In this document: in pieces, positions 47,771-56,257 of the stretch
Position numbering within the stretch: the first letter of the stretch is position 1
Layout of the letters: each line of letters opens with the position of its first letter
Source: a virus
DNA length: 64,000 nucleotides
Reading direction: 5' to 3' (one strand)
Virus record (IMG/VR): IMGVR_UViG_3300047445_000153
Location: 17,906 to 81,905 of that record
The notes under the pieces: model-generated
Databases searched by the model: none
Seen by the model: only the letters and a program-made list of their open reading frames with translations
What the model was told of the DNA's origin: nothing
Made by a program: the position numbers and the translations under genes

Positions 47771-48165
47771 GGTTTGATCAACTCCTCAATCGGCCGCTTC
47801 AAGTAGCCGACCAGATCCAACAGATCCGACAGGGTGGGGTCGAAGTGACCACCCTCGATGGATGCAACCTTGTGCGGTGTCCAGCCCAGGCAATCCGCGG
47901 CTTCGCGGCGCGACTGCTTGAGTTCGAGCATACGGAACGAGGACACTATTTCACCGAGCCGTTCGTGTGTACGGCTCAGGGCACGGCGCAATTTTTTCGT
48001 TTTCACAGTCGCGTTCTCTTCGCTTTGCATCCGCTTCACGCCCGCCGCACGGATAATCGCCCTGATGGCCGGAACCGACAGGGAGAAATCCCGTGAGAGG
48101 GAGGGGGCGGAATGCCCAGACGTGTAGAGAGACGCGATCTGTTGATCGCGTTCTGTCTTACACAT
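47767..48165 (-). CDS. XRE-family transcriptional regulator with an extra N-terminal HTH-like region
   Basis: SRREAADCLGWT..KVASIEGG..DPTLSDL. Confidence 0.75.
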   Translation of the reverse strand: MCKTERDQQIASLYTSGHSAPSLSRDFSLSVPAIRAIIRAAGVKRMQSEENATVKTKKLRRALSRTHERLGEIVSSFRMLELKQSRREAADCLGWTPHKVASIEGGHFDPTLSDLLDLVGYLKRPIEELIKP

Positions 48166-48175
48166 GTCGTGGGCC

Positions 48176-48403
48176 TTAAACCTTCTGGTACGGGAACGCG
48201 GTCGGGTTCTTTTTGATCAGGGAGCTGAACGTGCTGCCGAAGGATGCCGCCGTGGTCAGCGCGTCGACCGTTGCTTGATCAACGTTGCTGTACTGATACT
48301 CGTCGCCGTTCTTCACGAAGACGATGTTCAGCTTCTTCGAGGCGGGTTCGTAGGCATATGCGGAGATCTGTGACGACGTCACAGGTGTGTAGCCAGGTTT
48401 CAT
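48176..48403 (-). CDS. KTSC domain protein
   Basis: VTSSQISA.AYE....L.IVF..G..YQY.NV......L..A.SFGS.F...IK. Confidence 0.85.
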   Translation of the reverse strand: MKPGYTPVTSSQISAYAYEPASKKLNIVFVKNGDEYQYSNVDQATVDALTTAASFGSTFSSLIKKNPTAFPYQKV

Positions 48404-48478
48404 GATTCGATCCGTTTGATTGAAATTGTTATTCAGCGTCTCAGGTGGTGGTGTCACCAGTCGATACTGTTTTGCAGC

Positions 48479-48760
48479 TTAGAACACGTGGGTGATGTGC
48501 TCCTTAGTCACGGTGTGGCTCAGGTGAACGGATACGACGGGGTGCGAGCTGCCATAGATCGTCAGGCAGATCGGGTCCCCCGCGTTGAGTCGTGCCAGCT
48601 CTTCCTCGGTCGGCAACCAGAAGGACGAGATCGTCGAGTAACCGCCTTCCTCTTTTTCACGCACGACCGGAAGCGTCAAGCACTGCCCATCTCGCTCGTG
48701 GTTCCAGTCCGCTGGCGCACCGAGTCGATCGGTGGTCAGGATCGTATCTGCAATGTTCAT
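48479..48760 (-). CDS. Hypothetical phage protein
   Basis: LGAPADW..C..LPV..S.W.PT.EELA.LNAG. Confidence 0.65.
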   Translation of the reverse strand: MNIADTILTTDRLGAPADWNHERDGQCLTLPVVREKEEGGYSTISSFWLPTEEELARLNAGDPICLTIYGSSHPVVSVHLSHTVTKEHITHVF

Positions 48761-49053
48761 GTGCTCCTCTTGAAAATTCCGATCACTTGGGGGTCCTCGT
48801 CATCACGCCCGAAGACGAACTCCTCCCCAATCTTCTCGTTGATGATCACTTCAATATCCGCCCACATCTTCAGACCTTCGTTGTGCCAGAACAGATGGTC
48901 CTTGCGCCTGATCGCTTTCTTCAGGCCCAGCGGGAGGTACTTGTCCTTCAGGTCGACGAACGCGTTGATGTCAACCTGCAACAAGACTTGGAGGCCGACA
49001 TCTACGACATCACGTGGATGGGTGCTGTCGGCCCGGTACGCAACGACGTCCAT
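48757..49053 (-). CDS. Hypothetical protein
   Basis: Abuts neighbours in operon. Confidence 0.55.
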   Translation of the reverse strand: MDVVAYRADSTHPRDVVDVGLQVLLQVDINAFVDLKDKYLPLGLKKAIRRKDHLFWHNEGLKMWADIEVIINEKIGEEFVFGRDDEDPQVIGIFKRST

Positions 49054-49054
49054 G

Positions 49055-49267
49055 TCAGCTCGTTACCACCGCGTTCTCGGGAAAGTACGCGACTGGGATC
49101 AGGTCGTACTTCTCGATCACACCAAGCGACTTCAGCGTGCTCATCGTCGCGACCCACGAGGCAACAACTGCTGCGTCCTCGAAGTAGCGAGCGACGACCG
49201 GGCCGTCGACGTAGGTGCTGAGCATCACAAGCTTTTTACTGGCAGAGATGGTCCTTTCCGATGCCAC
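49055..49267 (-). CDS. Hypothetical protein
   Basis: AGGAGG RBS before GTG. Confidence 0.55.
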   Translation of the reverse strand: MASERTISASKKLVMLSTYVDGPVVARYFEDAAVVASWVATMSTLKSLGVIEKYDLIPVAYFPENAVVTS

Positions 49268-49784
49268 GTAATACCTCCTTGATGACTGCGGGTTGAAAAT
49301 CCATCATATACGGATGATTCTGGATGTCATCAAAACAACGCGGCTGGGTGACAGCCAGCAGCGCTTCCAGCAACTCCTCACAGTCCCGCCTGAGCATCAG
49401 CTCGGGATCGACCGGGGCAGCAGCCGACGCGGCTTTGGCCGCTTCTTCTGCTTCTCGATCTCGCATGAGCCAGTGCTCTGGGTTACAGCATAGCGTGTCG
49501 CGGCACTGGTTATAAAGCCGGTATGTCGGGGACTTCTCGATTTGCGGGGTCGACCACTCATAGACGACCTTGTGAACTGGCCAGCGTTTGCCCTCTATTC
49601 TCACGAGGCCAAAGGGGCGGACATTTACGGGCTGGTAATACGGAATTCGAGCGCTGTCGTACATCTTCTGCACACGCGGCCCAGAAACAGTATGCGCACC
49701 CGTCCAAAGCCAGCACTCTCCAGGTGTCAGAAAATTGGTGATACGCCCCTTGATGCGTTCAATGACGGCATCGAGGTCTACCAT
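49236..49784 (-). CDS. HNH/His-Cys-box endonuclease-like protein, degenerate
   Basis: ECWLWTGA, HKVVYE, QCRDTLCCNPEH. Confidence 0.65.
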   Translation of the reverse strand: MVDLDAVIERIKGRITNFLTPGECWLWTGAHTVSGPRVQKMYDSARIPYYQPVNVRPFGLVRIEGKRWPVHKVVYEWSTPQIEKSPTYRLYNQCRDTLCCNPEHWLMRDREAEEAAKAASAAAPVDPELMLRRDCEELLEALLAVTQPRCFDDIQNHPYMMDFQPAVIKEVLRGIGKDHLCQ

Positions 49785-49811
49785 GTTGACTGTCCTTGTC
49801 AGTGGCAAGTG

Positions 49812-49838
49812 AAAAGCCGCGCTTCAAAAGCGCGGCTT
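49812..49838 (-). terminator. Intrinsic terminator
   Basis: AAGCCGCGCTT-TTG-AAGCGCGGCTTTT on minus strand. Confidence 0.8.
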
Positions 49839-49854
49839 CACTTCTACACGGGGC

Positions 49855-50265
49855 TTAATGCGCCGACTTGATGAGCGTCGGGATCAGCTTGAAGTGCTTC
49901 GACAGATACGTGAGGACGTGATCGCCGTTGTCCGCGAGGTTCGCGAGCAGCTGCGCTTCCGTGATCGACGCGTCGAGCACGCGGCTCTCGGCGATGATGT
50001 TGCCGTGCTCGTCCTTGATCCCGTCGACCGTGTGGACTTCGTTGCCCTTGAACAGCAGCTTCGTGATTTGCTTCAGCGACTCCGTGCGTTCGGTAATGAA
50101 CGCAAGGCGTGCCTTTTCCATCTCGGCGAATGCCTTTTCCTGCGCCGCAGTCCAGTTCGTTGCGGCCTTCGGTGCCCCGCGCAATGCACGGGGCGATTTA
50201 CCGTCATTACCACCCTTATTCTGCTTCTTCGGGGCGGCTGCGGTTTTCGTGTTGTTGGTTTCCAT
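49855..50265 (-). CDS. Hypothetical protein with basic, disordered N-terminus
   Basis: Followed by terminator; structured leader. Confidence 0.65.
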   Translation of the reverse strand: METNNTKTAAAPKKQNKGGNDGKSPRALRGAPKAATNWTAAQEKAFAEMEKARLAFITERTESLKQITKLLFKGNEVHTVDGIKDEHGNIIAESRVLDASITEAQLLANLADNGDHVLTYLSKHFKLIPTLIKSAH

Positions 50266-50381
50266 AATCGTTTCTCGAAGCTGGTTTATTAAAAATGAGC
50301 ACGGCGCATCCGCCGTGCCGAAAACCCCGGTGATTAACCGGGTGGTGGTGAGTGAAGCACTAAACGCGAATTACAGCCGGA

Positions 50382-50615
50382 TTACAGCGAACGACTTGCC
50401 AGCACCGCATTGAATGCGCGGCCACGCGCGGTATTGCCGCGCAGCGCGTACTCAACGTCGGGATCTTGAAACTGCTGGGCGATGAAGGCCTGGAGTTCGA
50501 CACCGTCCCACTCCGGGGGCATCGTCTCGACCGCCTGGATGACCTTGTCGGTCACCGCTTTCATCTGATCTTTCACGTACTTCTTCTTCTGGGCCAGTGT
50601 CAACAGGGAAGACAT
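50382..50615 (-). CDS. Hypothetical protein
   Basis: AAGGA RBS; MPPEWDGVEL. Confidence 0.55.
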   Translation of the reverse strand: MSSLLTLAQKKKYVKDQMKAVTDKVIQAVETMPPEWDGVELQAFIAQQFQDPDVEYALRGNTARGRAFNAVLASRSL

Positions 50616-50795
50616 ACTTACATCCTTCAATGATCAAATCTTACAATGCCGCGCGAAATCTGTGGTGGGAGATTGCGCGGGAAGATGTGTGGTAAATACG
50701 ACATCCGGGAAAACCTGACCGCTTGAACAGGTTGACACCGGATTTCGTCCGGTTTCAGCGTCTGTATAAAGCGCTACCAGACACAGAAGGATCAG

Positions 50796-50845
50796 ATTGT
50801 AAGTTAGAACCTTGAAGGACGCACCTACAACTAGACGATAGTTCC
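50796..50845 (-). promoter_or_regulatory. Promoter with second copy of the palindromic box
   Basis: AACTAGACGATAGTTCC at 50829-50845; minus-strand TACAAT 27 nt downstream, same gap as the 43402 copy. Confidence 0.55.
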
Positions 50846-50855
50846 GAAAAATATT

Positions 50856-51596
50856 TCAAAGTGTTTCAACGTCGCGCTCGGCCCAGTAAATTCTCTCGAT
50901 TTCCTCACGAGCCGCCGCCGCCTGCTTCTCGTGGTAAACACGGACGATATTACCGGCGTTCTCGTACGCAACCTCCATGTGGTAGTCGTCGAAGGTCTCG
51001 ACTCCCCACAGCGAGTCCTCCAGCTCGGGGTCATCCGACTCGACCAGCTCGCCATCTTCGTCCTCGACCATCAGCGTCACAGTCACGCCGACGTAGCTCC
51101 ACTGGTCGTTGCACCAGCCGCGCAGGAACTCGTAATCCTTGCGCACGGCCTCGGCGGTAATCTCGCCCTTCGTGAGCGGCTTGCTCGGGTCGCGGCCGGT
51201 GATCGTGACTACCTCAGTTGTGACCGTGCGCTGCTGCAACAGCCCACCGAAACGTTGCTCGACCTCCCCGACCCGCTTCTTTCGGCGCACAGTGGTCTTC
51301 TGTGCGAGCCGCAAGATCAGCGCGGCCTTGTCCTCGTCGGTCAGACCCCAGCCCTCTTGTTTCGCGCGCTTCATGGTCTCCTGCCAGTCGTAGTAGCGCT
51401 TGCTGCCACGGTCGCTGCACAGCGTGCGCTCACCGGGGCGCTTGTCGCGGCTCGTCCAGTCCGACACGATGCCGTAGCCGTCGCCTTGCTCCCACGGCGG
51501 GCCGGAGTCAATGTCCGTCTCATATTTGACTTTGAACGTCAGACCTTCGACCTCGAAGGTGTCCCCGTCATACAGATACAGTTGTTTGCGGTCCAT
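50856..51596 (-). CDS. Hypothetical phage protein
   Basis: GGGAAG RBS; acidic W.YVGV.V..DSLWGVE C-terminus. Confidence 0.65.
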   Translation of the reverse strand: MDRKQLYLYDGDTFEVEGLTFKVKYETDIDSGPPWEQGDGYGIVSDWTSRDKRPGERTLCSDRGSKRYYDWQETMKRAKQEGWGLTDEDKAALILRLAQKTTVRRKKRVGEVEQRFGGLLQQRTVTTEVVTITGRDPSKPLTKGEITAEAVRKDYEFLRGWCNDQWSYVGVTVTLMVEDEDGELVESDDPELEDSLWGVETFDDYHMEVAYENAGNIVRVYHEKQAAAAREEIERIYWAERDVETL

Positions 51597-51608
51597 GATC
51601 TTCCCCTA

Positions 51609-52250
51609 TTAGTCGTTGTAGAAGATGTGACCCTGTTCTTCGTAGAAGCTGTGGCTGAGATCCGCGTTCCAGTAGTGCTCCCAGTTGATGTAGCTGAACA
51701 TCGGGTGGTCTTCCGCGATCATCCCTGTCTCGACCGCCCAGTCCTCGGCGAAGTCCTTCGGGTTGTCCCAGTGGCCTTGATACGCGTTGCGGAACTTGCT
51801 GACCGTCACGTCCTTGATGTCGCCGCCCTGGCAGTCGTTGACGTAGATCATGAAGGCCTCGATCTCGTCGTCGCCGCTCAGCTCGCTCAGCTTCTCTTCG
51901 AGATCCGCGATCTCCGACATCGACGTGTACTCGCCAATCAGGCCGCGCGGGAAGCCTTCGTGGTCGTGGATCGCGTACTCCTCGGAGGCCGGCAGCTTTC
52001 CGGCACCGTGGCAGCGCTTGCACTCGATATGCTCGCCGGTATTGATGTCAACGTCGTAGCCATCTCCCTCGCAATCGGGGCAGTTGATCTCGACGTTCGG
52101 AAAGCGGCTTGTAAGGAAAACCTTGTCGCGGATCTCGTTCGAGAGATCATCGGCGTCCATGCCCTCGGTGTCGATCCACGTCCCGTGGAGGACACCATTG
52201 TTGTAAGAGGCCAGACAGGCGACGTAGATACGGCGTGTGGTGGTGGTCAT
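51609..52250 (-). CDS. ardA: Antirestriction protein ArdA with CxxCxGxG insertion
   Basis: RIYVACLASYNNGVLHGTWID, EEYAIHDHEGF, GEY, YQG.W....DFA, YINWE. Confidence 0.9.
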   Translation of the reverse strand: MTTTTRRIYVACLASYNNGVLHGTWIDTEGMDADDLSNEIRDKVFLTSRFPNVEINCPDCEGDGYDVDINTGEHIECKRCHGAGKLPASEEYAIHDHEGFPRGLIGEYTSMSEIADLEEKLSELSGDDEIEAFMIYVNDCQGGDIKDVTVSKFRNAYQGHWDNPKDFAEDWAVETGMIAEDHPMFSYINWEHYWNADLSHSFYEEQGHIFYND

Positions 52251-52338
52251 GATGCCTTCCTTGGCAGTAATGGAAATGAAAACAGCGCCCGAGTGGGCGC
52301 TGTCTCTAGCTTGCAGCTTGCTTGTGGTGGTGAGCTTT

Positions 52339-52563
52339 TTAATACGTCGCCATGTTCTCACGGATGGCGGCTTCGGTCCCGCGAGCGTCGGCGTCAACCT
52401 GGGCTTGCAGGCGGCGCTCACGCGTCTTGAGCGCCGTCACCCGGCCTTCCCAGTGCTCCTTCGCCGCGTTGGCTTCCAGCAGTTCCAACTTGGTCACGCG
52501 GAGTTGATCCATCGCTTCCTTCGCGGGGCTCTTGACGAGCGCCTTGGCCAGAAAATTCAGCAT
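52339..52563 (-). CDS. Hypothetical protein
   Basis: AAGGA RBS; helical 74 aa. Confidence 0.6.
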   Translation of the reverse strand: MLNFLAKALVKSPAKEAMDQLRVTKLELLEANAAKEHWEGRVTALKTRERRLQAQVDADARGTEAAIRENMATY

Positions 52564-52602
52564 CTTCGATCCTTCAATGTGGTGGTGGTCGGGGATATTA
52601 CA

Positions 52603-52956
52603 TCATGCAGCCTTCTTCTTCGACTTCTCGTGATCGATCAGATAATCGTCCCGATTGCCTTCGATCCAGTGCGGCTGATGCCCCCGCCCGCTCCACGTTT
52701 TCCCAGAAGCTGGGTCGCGGTATTTCGGAGGGGCAGCAGGACTCGGAACTTTCACGGAGAAGGTTTTAGCCTTCGGGTCCTTCTTCGCTTTAACGTGCTG
52801 AGTCTTAATGAACCCGAGGTCGTGCGCAGTCAACTCGTATTCATTAATGATAGCCATCGCCTTCTTAATGCCCTCGGCGCGCTCTTCCGCCAAAGCCATG
52901 TCGGCTTGCCGCATCAGTTCTTCGGCCTGAAGTCTCAACTCTTTGTAACTTGCCAT
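52603..52956 (-). CDS. H-NS family protein (Bv3F-like)
   Basis: MASYKEL..Q...L, I.EYELT..DL, PPKYRDPASGKTWSGRGHQPHWI. Confidence 0.92.
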   Translation of the reverse strand: MASYKELRLQAEELMRQADMALAEERAEGIKKAMAIINEYELTAHDLGFIKTQHVKAKKDPKAKTFSVKVPSPAAPPKYRDPASGKTWSGRGHQPHWIEGNRDDYLIDHEKSKKKAA

Positions 52957-53028
52957 GTTCAACCCCTCATGATTCCGGTTACGCACCGGGAAAGCGATAG
53001 GGCAGAACATTACAACTCCAAGGATGTT

Positions 53029-53247
53029 TCAGCAAGCGTCTGCGGTAAGCGTTTGTGTAATTTCGTAGCCGCACTCACGCATCCATTCCAAAACGATGTT
53101 AGCCCAGCGATCGTCCCCCATTTCCCAGGCGAAAAGCAATTCGAGTTTTTCGATCGGAGACATCGCAAGTATCTCCGTGTCTTTACTCGGGTCGGTCGCG
53201 TCAAGCTCTTTCATTTGACGCAGGTTTTGAAGTAGGTCGATTCTCAT
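53029..53247 (-). CDS. Hypothetical protein
   Basis: GGAG RBS. Confidence 0.5.
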   Translation of the reverse strand: MRIDLLQNLRQMKELDATDPSKDTEILAMSPIEKLELLFAWEMGDDRWANIVLEWMRECGYEITQTLTADAC

Positions 53248-53498
53248 TATGATTGCGTCTCCAGTTTTTCCAGTCGGAGGCCTTGATTGTTCAGGCGGTC
53301 GACGATCTTGTCCAGCAGGGCCTTGTGCTCGTCCAGAACCTCCCACTGATGCGCGCCTGCTTCGGCCTGCACGCCCATCTGTTTGGCGAACACGACGACG
53401 GCCTTTTCAACGGCCGTCATCCGCTTCTTCAGCTCTTCTTGCCCGCTCAACACGCGGTCGAGCCGCGTGAGGATCAGGCTGCTCATCTCATCTGTCAT
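53247..53498 (-). CDS. Coiled-coil hypothetical protein
   Basis: GGAGG RBS; heptads. Confidence 0.6.
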   Translation of the reverse strand: MTDEMSSLILTRLDRVLSGQEELKKRMTAVEKAVVVFAKQMGVQAEAGAHQWEVLDEHKALLDKIVDRLNNQGLRLEKLETQS

Positions 53499-53674
53499 GA
53501 TCCCTCCGAGAGTTCGAGACGGCGCTCGATGCGCTCGATGCGCTGAGCGAGCTGAGAAAGGCGACCCTCGACGTTGCGGAACCCTTCGCGCATCTCTTCT
53601 CGCATCGAGCGCACTTCGTTCCGAAAACCGATGATCAGTTCTTTCAGCATCTCGTTCGACACGTTCTCAGACAT
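53495..53674 (-). CDS. 59-aa coiled-coil protein (not in ORF track)
   Basis: MSENVSNEMLKELIIGFRNEVRSMREEMREGFRNVEGRLSQLAQRIERIERRLELSEGS; ATGA overlap. Confidence 0.6.
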   Translation of the reverse strand: MSENVSNEMLKELIIGFRNEVRSMREEMREGFRNVEGRLSQLAQRIERIERRLELSEGS

Positions 53675-53681
53675 GGCGACG

Positions 53682-53885
53682 TCATCCTTTCAAGAACAGG
53701 GCTACAGCCCCACCGACAAGCGCGGTCACATACGCTGCTGTGACCAGAACCGGGTACCAGCGCCATTCGCGCCCCATCTTCTGGCGCTCGATGATCAGCT
53801 TCTCGGTCTCGGCCATCAGCTTCGAGATGTTCGCCCGAATCAGCTGTATTTCCAGCTGCTCGCGGGTGCTTTCATCTGTGGACAT
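53682..53885 (-). CDS. Small protein with C-terminal membrane anchor
   Basis: AGGAG RBS; ISKLMAET.KL..E..K..RE..WYP followed by TM. Confidence 0.65.
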   Translation of the reverse strand: MSTDESTREQLEIQLIRANISKLMAETEKLIIERQKMGREWRWYPVLVTAAYVTALVGGAVALFLKG

Positions 53886-53923
53886 GGCATCTTCTCCTTT
53901 CCCAGCTTGATTATGCGCCGGTT

Positions 53924-54610
53924 TCAGGCCGTGCTGCCTTGGCGCACCAGATCGTCGGTGCCGAGGTACAGCTCGACGCTGCCATCGTTGTGCGCGGCCT
54001 CGGTCAGCTTGTCGCCAAGCTCACCCAGGCCACGATCCCAGAACCCGGCGCCGTGATGGTTGCGTGTAAGCCAGTAGTCATGGCCCGCACGTTCGGCGGT
54101 GTAGCCGTTGCGCTTGAGCGCTTTGAGCAGCAGCGGCTCGGCATAATCGACGAACTGTCTGCAATCTTCGCGCATCTCGGCCTTCGTGTCCGGATGCAGC
54201 TCGTATTCGTCGAGTTCGACATTCTTCTCGCCCCCCGTCTCCTTGTCGAAGACCGTGTCGGTGCTCGACCAGAGCGCGGCGACCTCGTACGCCGTCACGA
54301 AGTCCTCGAACCAAGCCTCGCGCGGGGTGTCCACAATATGGACATTCGGATACTCGGCGCGGACGGCCTCCAGCGCCTCCCAGCGGTCCTTGGCGCGGAG
54401 GAAGAACTCCACGGGGCCGTCCAGCTCGACAGCCCGCCACAGGGGCTCTCCAGCGCCCCAGTAGGCCCCTCCCGAGTCGTAGTCACCGTCCTCGAACGGG
54501 AGATGGTGGACGATCAGCTGGATCGGCTCGTCGGGGTCGCCGTGAACGTCCTGGCGCCCCATTGGAGCGCCGCGAGCGTTGCTGACGTCGGAAAGCGGTC
54601 GAAAGGTCAT
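53924..54610 (-). CDS. Hypothetical phage protein (apparent two-domain fusion)
   Basis: GAPMGR..DGDYDSGGAYWG and AGHDYWLTRNHHGAGFWDR modules. Confidence 0.65.
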   Translation of the reverse strand: MTFRPLSDVSNARGAPMGRQDVHGDPDEPIQLIVHHLPFEDGDYDSGGAYWGAGEPLWRAVELDGPVEFFLRAKDRWEALEAVRAEYPNVHIVDTPREAWFEDFVTAYEVAALWSSTDTVFDKETGGEKNVELDEYELHPDTKAEMREDCRQFVDYAEPLLLKALKRNGYTAERAGHDYWLTRNHHGAGFWDRGLGELGDKLTEAAHNDGSVELYLGTDDLVRQGSTA

Positions 54611-54786
54611 TTGCAGTTCTCCAAGTGCTTGCGCAGCGCGTCGGTCGCTTTGGCGACGCGCAGCTCAGCTTGTGCGAGGGCTACCTTGTTCTCAGGTAGG
54701 CTCTTCTTGATTCCGAGGCGGTAGCAGCGCGCCGTGGCCATGAGGCTTGCGAGGCGCATTGCTTCGTCGATCTGCTCAGTGGTCAT
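54607..54786 (-). CDS. 59-aa hypothetical protein (not in ORF track)
   Basis: MTTEQIDEAMRLAS...LENCK; ATGA overlaps on both sides. Confidence 0.55.
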   Translation of the reverse strand: MTTEQIDEAMRLASLMATARCYRLGIKKSLPENKVALAQAELRVAKATDALRKHLENCK

Positions 54787-55277
54787 GTTGGCACCCCAAG
54801 CTCGTCGGGCACTTCGACTTCAGCACCCAGTTTAGATGCGACATAACAGCGCATGGCGGCGATGAGTGGCGTCGGGCCGTAAATCACCTCGCTCGTGTAG
54901 ATCTGGTACATCGGTTCGTGCTGCTGGTGCTCTGTGGACACGTCCCACGAGTGCTGCCCGGTCGTGGCGCACCACACCGGGATACGGACGTTGTTGCAGA
55001 AGCCCTTGTCATCGACGCCCCAGTCATCGTCGCAGCGAATGATGCTGACCCCTTCGCTCTCGATGATCTCCACACCCTGCTCGCGGTCGGTCGAGGGGCC
55101 GAAGCGGTGGTAGTGCGGTGCGCTTCCCGGCGCGTTCTCACGCTCGATCCATGCAGGGGCCGTCTCTTCGCGGCGGCACACCTTGATGACGCGGTCTTCC
55201 TTCCACTGCTTGTTGAGCGCGGCGGCGACAGCCCAGTCGAGCGCCGCGCCGATCAGCTCATGTGTCTTGATCTTCAT
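54783..55277 (-). CDS. NinX/DUF2591 family protein
   Basis: ELIGAALDWAVA, PSTD..QG..IIE, GPTPLIAAMRCYVASKLG.EVEVP.EL. Confidence 0.8.
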   Translation of the reverse strand: MKIKTHELIGAALDWAVAAALNKQWKEDRVIKVCRREETAPAWIERENAPGSAPHYHRFGPSTDREQGVEIIESEGVSIIRCDDDWGVDDKGFCNNVRIPVWCATTGQHSWDVSTEHQQHEPMYQIYTSEVIYGPTPLIAAMRCYVASKLGAEVEVPDELGVPT

Positions 55278-55285
55278 GACGATCC

Positions 55286-55687
55286 CTATGCGAACTTGAT
55301 GTCGTTGTACAACCCGGCCTGCACGATCGAGTCGAGCAGTTCGTCGTCGATGTCGCCCATGTCGTCGTGAATGACGGCATACAGCAAGTCACCGAGATGC
55401 CGTGCATTGCAGTCAACGTCACCGTTGAGGAGCCGTGCGATGCCGTCGTGCAGGACCATACCCGTGATCGTCTGCTGCTTGTCGAATCCCGGCACGGGCT
55501 CCTCATCGACGAGGATGCGGATCTCCATCAGGTACACGCCGTCGTACGTCTTGAACTCGTCCTGGCTGTCGAAGTCTGGATTCGCCCAGCCCCCAATGCC
55601 CGGCGAGTCCGCCACTTGGTTCATCAGCGCGTTGATGAAGTCGTTGTCGACCTCACGGTTGAATTGAAACTGGATTGGCATAACCAT
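55286..55687 (-). CDS. Acidic hypothetical protein
   Basis: GDID...DSIVQAGLY.DI.F C-terminus. Confidence 0.6.
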   Translation of the reverse strand: MVMPIQFQFNREVDNDFINALMNQVADSPGIGGWANPDFDSQDEFKTYDGVYLMEIRILVDEEPVPGFDKQQTITGMVLHDGIARLLNGDVDCNARHLGDLLYAVIHDDMGDIDDELLDSIVQAGLYNDIKFA

Positions 55688-55691
55688 GTCG

Positions 55692-56012
55692 TTACCCCTT
55701 GATGATGCCTGCGGCCCGCAACGCCTTCGGCCACCAGCGGCGGGCGCGGTCGTTGGCGGGGTGCAGGGAGATGTTGCGGTAGTCACCAGTCTTGAAGTCG
55801 GCGTCGCCGTAGCTGGTGATCCACTCGGGAACTCCGCGGCTGCTGCTCGGCTCCGCGCCGCAATACGTACGTTCGAGCATGTGGACCAGCTCGCGGAACT
55901 CGTACGGCATGTCTTCCCAGTCGAAGCCGCGCTCTTCGGCGTCGCCGTGCTCGGCGCTCTCTTCCGTGATGACCTCGTAGGTCTGGTGGAACTTCATCGG
56001 TTCGAGTGCCAT
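55692..56012 (-). CDS. Hypothetical protein
   Basis: GAGGAG RBS; TYEVIT.ESAEHGDA.ERG. Confidence 0.6.
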   Translation of the reverse strand: MALEPMKFHQTYEVITEESAEHGDAEERGFDWEDMPYEFRELVHMLERTYCGAEPSSSRGVPEWITSYGDADFKTGDYRNISLHPANDRARRWWPKALRAAGIIKG

Positions 56013-56257
56013 CACTGTTTCTCCTCGATCTTGATGATCGGGTAGTTGAGCGTGGTGATGCGCGCGGGGAACGAGGGCGTGATGATCGCAACGCGCATCC
56101 CGACCTTGACCTCGGGGAAGTCGACGACCCACGTGCCGTTCCACACATCACCCTGAAACGGGCGGCAGTCGACGACGATGCCCTTGTCGTCGATATCCCA
56201 TTCGAGGAAGTCCTGGCCACGGTCCTCGAACTCGATGGTGGTGGTCTTAGCGCTCAT
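56012..56257 (-). CDS. Hypothetical protein
   Basis: IEFEDRGQDFLEWDI..G.VV.C.PFQ..VW.G. Confidence 0.6.
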   Translation of the reverse strand: MSAKTTTIEFEDRGQDFLEWDIDDKGIVVDCRPFQGDVWNGTWVVDFPEVKVGMRVAIITPSFPARITTLNYPIIKIEEKQ

